Shown one piece after another: positions 62,545 to 64,000 of a stretch of DNA of 64,000 bases. Under the pieces are notes generated by a model. The model was not told where the DNA came from, made no database searches, and worked only from the letters and a program-made list of their open reading frames with translations. The position numbers and the translations under genes were made by a program. Location: positions 1,242,263-1,306,262 of the forward strand of contig CAWCLO010000004.1 of NCBI GenBank assembly GCA_963796455.1. Reading direction: 5' to 3'. Position 1 is the first letter of the stretch; each line of letters begins with the position of its first letter. This DNA comes from Candidatus Sulfomarinibacteraceae bacterium. Its GTDB lineage: Bacteria > Acidobacteriota > Thermoanaerobaculia > Thermoanaerobaculales > Sulfomarinibacteraceae.

Positions 62545-63078
62545 CGGTGCCGCCTGGGTGCTCGGACCTCTAAATGATCAAGCGACCTCGATGTCACCTG
62601 GGTGCTCGCAACCCTTGTTGATGTCATCCTGAGCGAGCCCGTCCTCGGGCGCAGTCGAAGGATCTATGGGACGAACCGAAGAATCCGAAAACGCAGATCC
62701 TTCGAATCGGCCGCCGGACGGCCTCCCTCAGGATGACATATTGAAAAACCTCCAACGTTTTCAACGCAATCCGTGTCGTGCCCACCCAAACCTATCCCGA
62801 CGTCACCCCGAGCCGATCAAGCGACCCCGATGCCGCCTGTACGCTGACAGCCCTCAATGATGTCCCCCCGGACCGATCAAGCGACCTCGACGCCGCCTGT
62901 GCTCTGACAGCCTTTAATGATGTCATCCTGAGCGGAGCCCGCCCTGGGGCGTAGTCGAAGGATCTATGGCATGGGCGCCACCGGCGCCCCTTCTCCCTTT
63001 CCTCCCTCTCTCCCCTGCTCCCCTGCCAACGGTTGACGTGCCGAAAATCCAAAATTCGAAATCCGAAATCCGAAATCT
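62545..63078. repeat. Composite spacer: palindrome (62620-62739), 60-bp-stepped units (62799, 62859, 62919) ending in an arm, C-rich octamers, AATCCGA heptamers
   Basis: Direct reading of the sequence. Confidence 0.85.
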
Positions 63079-63093
63079 GCCCCCGCAGTCCCT

Positions 63094-63102
63094 GCTATCA
63101 TC
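63094..63102 (+). promoter_or_regulatory. Putative extended -10 promoter (TGcTATCAT) for icmF
   Basis: Followed by GGAGG RBS and TTG 63130. Confidence 0.45.
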
Positions 63103-63129
63103 TATGCAATCCCAGAACGGGGAGGCCCA

Positions 63130-64000
63130 TTGACCAAACCTGACCGCTATCAGGCTGAAAACAAGGTACGTTTCGTGACGGCTGCGTCGCTCTTCGACGG
63201 CCACGACGCCGCCATCAACATCATGCGCCGCATCCTGCAGGCGCACGGCGCGGAGGTGATCCACCTCGGCCACAACCGCTCGGTGAAGGAGATCGTCGAC
63301 GCCGCCGTCCAGGAGGACGCCCAGGGCATCGCGGTCTAGCTCCTACCAGGGCGGCCACATCGAGTTCTTCAAGTACATGATCGATCTCTTGAAAGAACGC
63401 GGCGCCTGTCACATCAAGGTCTACGGCGGCGGCGGCGGGGTGATCGTCCCGCGCGAGATCAAAGAGCTCGAAGCCTACGGCGTGACCAAGATCTTCTCCC
63501 CCGACGACGGCCGAACAATGGGTCTCGACGGCATGATCGCCTCGATGATCGAGGGCGCCGATTTCGACCCCGCCCAGATGGACTCCACCGGCCCCCTCGG
63601 CCACAGCGTCGACCGCTGGCTGGCGGTGGCGCGCGCCATCACCCGGGTCGAAGAAGGCCTCGAGGTCGAGATCACCCCACGCGACAACCCCGCCCCGGTC
63701 CTCGGCACCACCGGCACCGGCGGCGCCGGCAAATCATCCCTCACCGACGAACTCGTCCTCCGATTCCTGGCCGACGACCCCGACCGCACCATCGCCATCA
63801 TCTCGGTGGACCCCACCAAGCGCAAAACCGGCGGCGCCCTCCTCGGCGACCGCATCCGCCTGAACTCCCTCGGCCGCGACCGCGTCTTCATGCGTTCACT
63901 CGCCACCCGCCAGGCCCACCGCGCCCTGACCAAAAACATCGAAGACTCCATCGCCGTCTGCCAGTCAGCCGGCTTCGACCTGATCATTGTGGGTCCAACT
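63130..64000 (+). CDS. icmF: Fused isobutyryl-CoA mutase/MeaB-like GTPase, N-terminal part; +1 frameshift at ~63337; runs off the window
   Basis: B12 motif [26 protein letters not shown] in the shifted frame; [29 protein letters not shown]. Confidence 0.9.

Noticed and set aside
63337..63339. Pyrrolysine or stop read-through at the TAG in icmF
   Set aside because: The conserved SSYQGGH continues in the +1 frame, so it is a one-base insertion, not read-through.

Overview
GC-rich bacterial chromosomal segment with about 45 mostly housekeeping or catabolic genes. The protein repertoire and a duplicated C-terminal secreted-protein domain tentatively suggest Acidobacteriota (Thermoanaerobaculia-like); this is inference only. 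Genes: partial peptide-exporter ABC, dCMP deaminase, trmB, a lipoprotein with a giant NtrY-like kinase, M24/M14/M10/S28-S37 peptidases, a frameshifted sulfatase, a probable 5-oxoproline cluster (DUF2891, fused oxoprolinase, NRAMP-like transporter), an archaeal-type HMG-CoA synthase/thiolase/DUF35 operon, an ArsR regulator, a DUF3592 module, tonB-exbB-exbD, yceI, gor, a Tat-exported PaoABC-like molybdoenzyme with MocA and DUF364, malQ/glgP, GT2, patatin, pyrD, TerC, a probable trans-3-hydroxyproline operon, a DUF11 surface protein and the start of icmF. I saw no rRNA, tRNA, CRISPR array, integrase or transposase. The most unusual feature is non-coding. Most larger intergenic spacers carry modular repeats: 7-8-nt tandem arrays with consistent polarity (G-rich on the left edge, C-rich on the right edge, regardless of gene direction), about 30 copies of a TGTCATCCTGAGC palindrome arm with 60-bp stepped tails, 9-mer inverted-repeat MITE-like units and REPs. 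One spacer holds a four-helix-bundle (IVP/Avd-like) gene between inverted octamer arrays. At least eight genes appear to have leaderless promoters. Several genes have single-base frameshifts that are probably assembly errors.
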